From: Vicinamibacterales bacterium
GTDB taxonomy: Bacteria; Acidobacteriota; Vicinamibacteria; Vicinamibacterales; UBA8438
Assembly: GCA_965229825.1 (NCBI GenBank)
Contig: CBDDJQ010000013.1
Span: 1,030,282 to 1,094,281, forward strand
Reading direction: 5' to 3'
DNA: 64,000 nt
Under the pieces are notes generated by a model, which was given only the letters and a program-made list of their open reading frames with translations, searched no databases and was not told where the DNA came from. A program made the position numbers and the translations under genes. How positions within the stretch are numbered: position 1 is the stretch's first letter; each line of letters opens with the position of its first letter. Below, in pieces: positions 59,625 through 64,000 of this stretch.

Positions 59625-60848
59625 TCAGGCGCGGCCCAGCGCCGAGATCGGGTCCAGCGCCGCCGCCCTCGATGCGGGATACAACCCGAAGAACAGGCCT
59701 ACCACGGCCGTCATCGAGATCCCGAGCACCACCGACCACGGGTGCACTATCGCGGTGACCGGCGTCAGGGAGCTCAGCCCGATGGCCACGCCGAATCCGA
59801 ACGCGGTCCCGACCAGGCCGCCGGAGACGGACAGAATGATCGACTCGGCCAGAATCTGCCAGAGAAGATCGCGGCGGCGGGCTCCCAACGCCTTGCGCAG
59901 TCCGATCTCCCGCGTGCGCTCGGAGACCACCATCAGCATGATGTTCATGATGACGATGCCGCCCACCACCAGCGACAGCCCGACGATGCCGACCAGCACC
60001 GCGAAGATCCCGGTGGTGGCTTGCTGGTAGAGTCCCAGGACCGTATCCGAGGTGAACAGCCCGAAGTCGTTCTCTTCGGTGGCGCGCAGCTTGCGCTCGA
60101 TACGCAGGGCGACCGTCGCTTCATCGAGGGCGCGATCGAACTGCTCCGGCGTGTCCGCGCGGACACGCAACGCCAGCGAGGGGCGCGCCCCGAACAGCTT
60201 GCGGAACTGACCCATCGGAATCACCACGAACTCGTCCTGCGACTGCCCGAACGTCGCGGGAGTCGGTTCGCTGACCCCGACCACCCTGAAGTTCACGCCC
60301 TGAATCTTGATTCGCCGGTCGACCGGATCGAGCTGATCGAAGAGCCGGTCGGCGGTGTCGAACCCCAGCAGAGCGACGCCGCGGTTGCGATCGACCTCGG
60401 TCGGGTTGATCAGGCGCCCGTGCTCGGCCGTGAAGGTCGGGAACTCCACGTAGTCCCGCGTCACCCCCTGGATGCGGACGTTCTCGAGCACCCGGTCGCG
60501 GAAGCGAACCTCACCGCTTCGGCGGGCCTGGGCCATGACCGCGCCGATGCTGGTTCCGAACCGCCGAATGGCCTGGGCATCGTCGAGCGATACGCGCGGG
60601 TTGTTCTTCGCGGCCTCGATGTCGTCCTCGGTCAGGACCATGGGGGTGCGTTCGACGACGAACGAATCGGAGCCGAACTGCGAGACGATGGCGTCGCCGA
60701 CCTCGGCGTTGACGCCCTGGATCAGGGATACCACCGCGATGATGGAAGCCACCGAGACGATGTTCCCGAGAATCGTGAGGCCCGACCTGAGCTTGTTGGC
60801 CCAGATGGCGCGCAACGCGATGCCCGTGAGATCAACGGCGCGACGCAT
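59625..60848 (-). CDS. MacB/FtsX-family ABC transporter permease (no ATPase domain), copy 1
   Basis: 407 aa. ...ALRAIWANKLRSGLTILGNIVSVASIIAV..., periplasmic domain, VSERTREIGLRKALGARRRDL, C-terminal TMs. Confidence 0.85.
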   Translation of the reverse strand: MRRAVDLTGIALRAIWANKLRSGLTILGNIVSVASIIAVVSLIQGVNAEVGDAIVSQFGSDSFVVERTPMVLTEDDIEAAKNNPRVSLDDAQAIRRFGTSIGAVMAQARRSGEVRFRDRVLENVRIQGVTRDYVEFPTFTAEHGRLINPTEVDRNRGVALLGFDTADRLFDQLDPVDRRIKIQGVNFRVVGVSEPTPATFGQSQDEFVVIPMGQFRKLFGARPSLALRVRADTPEQFDRALDEATVALRIERKLRATEENDFGLFTSDTVLGLYQQATTGIFAVLVGIVGLSLVVGGIVIMNIMLMVVSERTREIGLRKALGARRRDLLWQILAESIILSVSGGLVGTAFGFGVAIGLSSLTPVTAIVHPWSVVLGISMTAVVGLFFGLYPASRAAALDPISALGRA

Positions 60849-62169
60849 TCTCCACCACCCGTATGGAGTCGCCGTCGGCGAGGTTGCGCACCTCGCTGAA
60901 CGGCCCGATGACGATGAGGTCGCCTTCCGCCACGCCGGAGAGCGCCTCGAAGTAGCGTTCTCCGGCGATGCCGGTGTCGACCGGCATGAACACCGCTTGG
61001 CCCTGGCGCGCCACGAACACGCCCTCGAGCTCCTCCTCGGTCTCTCCCGTGCGAAGCTCGGCCGCCTCGGCGGCCGAGACGACGCTCCGTCTCCGCGGTC
61101 CCGTCTCCTGTGGCATCAGGTTCCCGTTCGCGTCCAGCACCACCTCGCGCACGGTGGCCGCCTGTATCGGGATCGCCAGCGAGTCGGGGCGGACCGCGGT
61201 GGTGATGTCCGCGGTGCAGGTGAAGCCCGGGCGCACCCCGGGAATCGCCTCGTCCAGGGTCACGACGACCTTGAACGTCGTCGCCTGGGTGCCCGCGCCG
61301 CCGCCCGCGCCGGCGGGCTGGATGGGGCTGTTGCCGATCTCGGTCACGACGCCGGAGAACTCGTCATCGGGGAAGGCGTCGATGGTGACGGTCGCCATCT
61401 GCCCGAGCTCGACGCTGGGGATGTCGGTCTCGTCGACCTCCACCTCGGCTTCTATCACCGAGAGGTCCGCGATCGTCGCCAGCACGGTGCCCTGGTTGTT
61501 CATCGTGCCGACGACCACCGTCTCGCCCTCCTCGATGTTGCGCCGGGTGACGACGCCGGTGATGGGCGAGGTAATCGTCACCTTCGTCAGCTCGTACCGC
61601 GCGCTGTCCAGGTTGGCTGCCTCCTGGCGGATGCGCTGGGCCTGGGTGGCGACGTCCACCTCCCGCGCCTGCAGCTCCGTTTCCCGCAGGGCGACGTCGT
61701 TCAGGGCGCGATCGTACGCTTCGCGAGAGACCAGCCGCAGCTCCCACAGGTGCTGCTGCCGCTCGAGGTTGTCTCTGGCCAGATCGAGGTTGACCCGTGC
61801 GGTTTCCACCCCGATCTCGGCCTGCCGCTGGGACGAGCGGGACCCCTGCAGCGCCGCCTCGCCGCGGTCGACGGCCGCGCGCAGCGTCTCGGGGTCTATC
61901 TCGAGAAGGAAGTCGCCGATCCCGACCCGGTCGCCCTCGTCGAACGCGAGCCGGGTCACGCGGCCCATGGTGTTCGCGCTGATGTCCACGGTGAGCTGCG
62001 GGACGATGGTGCCAGGTGCCGACACGATCGCCTCGAGATGGCGGCGTTCGACCGCCTCGACCTCCACCTGGGGGCCGGTCGCCCGTTGGAACGTGAGGTT
62101 GACGTACACGACCACGGCCCCGATGGCGAAGATCGCAGCGATGAGGATTGCCTTGCGAGAAGCGGTCAA
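60832..62169 (-). CDS. HlyD/MacA-type periplasmic adaptor (membrane fusion protein)
   Basis: 445 aa. N-terminal anchor AILIAAIFAIGAVVVYV, coiled-coil hairpin, barrel domains. Overlaps permease 1 by 17 nt. Confidence 0.85.
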   Translation of the reverse strand: MTASRKAILIAAIFAIGAVVVYVNLTFQRATGPQVEVEAVERRHLEAIVSAPGTIVPQLTVDISANTMGRVTRLAFDEGDRVGIGDFLLEIDPETLRAAVDRGEAALQGSRSSQRQAEIGVETARVNLDLARDNLERQQHLWELRLVSREAYDRALNDVALRETELQAREVDVATQAQRIRQEAANLDSARYELTKVTITSPITGVVTRRNIEEGETVVVGTMNNQGTVLATIADLSVIEAEVEVDETDIPSVELGQMATVTIDAFPDDEFSGVVTEIGNSPIQPAGAGGGAGTQATTFKVVVTLDEAIPGVRPGFTCTADITTAVRPDSLAIPIQAATVREVVLDANGNLMPQETGPRRRSVVSAAEAAELRTGETEEELEGVFVARQGQAVFMPVDTGIAGERYFEALSGVAEGDLIVIGPFSEVRNLADGDSIRVVENASRR

Positions 62170-62173
62170 CGGA

Positions 62174-62908
62174 TCATCCTCCCAGGCGAGACAGTATGAG
62201 ACCGGCCGCGACCGCGATTACCGCGTACAGGCCGTAGAACGTGACCGCGATGGGGCCCGTGCGCCGCTTGTAGAGGACCCCGGCGCCCACCGCCAGCAGA
62301 AACAGCTGCCACACGACAAAGAGTTCGACGATTCCCAGCGCCCGCTGAGCAAAAGTGCCTTCCTCGAGCATCGGCAGCATCGCGGTCAGCGTCGTGGGAG
62401 GGCTCATGACGCCTCGCGCGTAGTTGAGAGGAACGGTGAACAGCTGCTGGACGATGCTGACGACCCCGACGTGCGTGACGACGGCGTACATCGCCTTGAA
62501 GGGCGCATGCGCCCCCAGAATCACGTAGCACGCGGTCCACACGATCCCGGCCAGGATGAAAGTGACGATCGGGAGCAAGACGATGGTGCCTCCGGCAGCG
62601 AAGTACGCCGCGTTATCGAGGCTGCGTTCCATCTGGGTGTACATCTCGTCCGTCACCGTCACGCCGAACGATTCCATGCTCCCGATCTGCTGATCGAGGA
62701 GCAATTGCTGCCCAAACGCGGTGCTCGAGAGCCAAATGCCGGGGGCCGCGACGCACAGACAGACGACGAGGAGGGCGCCGAACGGCCTGGGCTGGTCCAC
62801 GATCGCGGCGAACGTGGATCGCGGTGACACGAGTACGCCGAACAGGCGCGCGACGAGACCCGGGGAAGGTTCCGCTTTCGGACGCGCGTCGTCGGTTTCG
62901 GCAGTCAT
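62174..62908 (-). CDS. Yip1-domain integral membrane protein (YknW-like)
   Basis: 244 aa. Cytoplasmic N-terminus LVARLFGVLVSPRSTFAAI, then ~5 TM segments. Ends 4 nt upstream of the adaptor gene. Confidence 0.7.
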   Translation of the reverse strand: MTAETDDARPKAEPSPGLVARLFGVLVSPRSTFAAIVDQPRPFGALLVVCLCVAAPGIWLSSTAFGQQLLLDQQIGSMESFGVTVTDEMYTQMERSLDNAAYFAAGGTIVLLPIVTFILAGIVWTACYVILGAHAPFKAMYAVVTHVGVVSIVQQLFTVPLNYARGVMSPPTTLTAMLPMLEEGTFAQRALGIVELFVVWQLFLLAVGAGVLYKRRTGPIAVTFYGLYAVIAVAAGLILSRLGG

Positions 62909-63087
62909 CGTCGTTCTAGTCGAGAGCTGTCCGGTTCGCGCGGGACGGGGAACCCCTCATTGTACCCTCACCGGCTGCCGCGGACTTCGTCGACGGGCTT
63001 GATTCGTCACTTACGGTAGACGCGCCGGCGGCACGAAAAGTTCAATCCCCGCCGGCGCTCTCGCGCAACTCTCGCGCCCTCCCCTCC

Positions 63088-63117
63088 TTGACAGGGTGCG
63101 GGTGGTTGCACTACGGT
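63088..63117 (+). promoter_or_regulatory. Candidate promoter of pdaD
   Basis: TTGACA (63088-63093), 18-nt spacer, TACGGT (63112-63117), ~75 nt upstream of GTG 63192. Confidence 0.4.
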
Positions 63118-63191
63118 CTAAGTTTCGACATGTCCCGTCGGTTTCCGTCGGCGCAGTCGGTCATCTGCAGAACCTTCCCGGCGGAGCCCAC

Positions 63192-63743
63192 GTGATCGAA
63201 CTCGTTCCCAAAGAGCTGTTCTTCACCAAAGGTGTCGGCAAGCACCGAGAGAAGCTGACCTCGTTCGAGCTGGCGTTGCGGGCCGCCGACATCGCGGCCT
63301 GCAATCTCGTACGGGTGTCCAGCATCTTCCCGCCGGGCTGCCGCATTCTGCCGAGAGCCACCGGGGTTCGGAAGCTGAAACCCGGCCAGGTGGCGTTCGT
63401 GGTGATTTCGGAGGCGGCCAGCCGCGAGCCCCACCGGCTTGTGGCGGCGGCGATCGGGGTCGCGATTCCGCGCGACCGGAAGCTGTTCGGGTATCTGTCC
63501 GAGCACCACAGTTTTGGAGAAAACGAGGAGACCGCCGGCGACTACGCCGAGGAGCTGGCGGCGGAGATGCTTGCCACCACCCTGGGCCTGGAGTTCGACC
63601 CCGACGAGAGCTGGGACGAGAAGAAGGAGGTCTACCGGCTGTCGAACAAGATCGTCCGGACCCAGAACGTCACCCAGACCGCCGTGGGCGACAAGCAGGG
63701 GCTCTGGACGACGGTGATCGCGGCGGCCGTGATCGTCGGGTGA
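63192..63743 (+). CDS. pdaD: Pyruvoyl-dependent arginine decarboxylase
   Basis: (V)IELVPKELFFTKGVGKHREKLTSFELALRAADIAACNLVRVSS|IFPP (self-cleavage Ser-Ser) and AAAIGVAIPRDRKLFGYLSEHH, matching the PvlArgDC family. GTG 63192 is preferred because the promoter lies downstream of the ORF-track start 63096. Confidence 0.85.
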   Translation: MIELVPKELFFTKGVGKHREKLTSFELALRAADIAACNLVRVSSIFPPGCRILPRATGVRKLKPGQVAFVVISEAASREPHRLVAAAIGVAIPRDRKLFGYLSEHHSFGENEETAGDYAEELAAEMLATTLGLEFDPDESWDEKKEVYRLSNKIVRTQNVTQTAVGDKQGLWTTVIAAAVIVG

Positions 63744-64000
63744 CGCCCGCCCCGCGATCCGGCGCCGCACGTCCCCCGCGTTCCGTCGACCCGCCTCGGG
63801 GCTCTCGCACCTCGGATCGCATGTCCCTGGCGTCCCTTCGCGCCGTGCTGCTCCGGCGCGCGCCGTTCCCGCCTTCGACCCGCTTCCGCAGCCTCGGTTT
63901 CCTGATACCTCCTCGAGCGACCGAGCCGGCAGACGGCTTCGAGCGCTGATGGGCCCGCGAGCGAAGCGACGTCAGGACCGGTCGCTCTTCATCGACGATA

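Noticed and set aside
63740-63949. 69-aa GTG-initiated ORF overlapping the pdaD stop, and a possible ATG at 63949 running off the window.
   Set aside because: Pro/Arg/Ser-rich low-complexity translation with no motif. There is too little sequence to support a call.

Overview
This window is a GC-rich stretch of core bacterial chromosome, almost entirely housekeeping genes. Envelope genes (LolB-position lipoprotein, O-antigen-ligase family protein, MacB/HlyD-type transporter) suggest a diderm; the phylum cannot be assigned from sequence alone. Gene order, left to right: apbE fragment and nqrM; selA; cspA; purH; Trm112-like gene plus O-antigen-ligase-like gene; TPR protein, LolB-like lipoprotein, ispE, tRNA-Gln, prs, rplY, pth; rpsF-rpsR-rplI-dnaB-alr-radA-ispDF-rlmB; tRNA Thr-Tyr-Gly-Thr, tuf, rpmG, tRNA-Trp, secE, nusG, rplKAJL, rpoBC; then the full str, S10, spc and alpha operons with a second tuf copy. 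The only non-core part is 56-63.7 kb: an EF-G-2 paralog, a Yip1/HlyD/FtsX/FtsX transporter operon and pdaD. I found no transposase, integrase, CRISPR array, toxin-antitoxin pair or recognisable defence gene, so I cannot support a new multi-gene system here. The observations most worth a second look are: (1) a ~60-aa eight-cysteine insertion in RpoB whose first half has the same WECxCG-x11-CxxC signature as the RpoC zinc-binding domain; (2) a YknWXYZ-like transporter operon with no ATPase gene; (3) short tandem duplications at tRNA-Gln, at the EF-G-2 3' end and in the rpsM-rpsK spacer, plus a (GACACC)10 microsatellite giving RpoA a (Asp-Thr)10 tail; (4) a terminator/antiterminator-like element in the cspA leader. 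Start codons, promoters and hairpins were judged by eye and no database search was possible.
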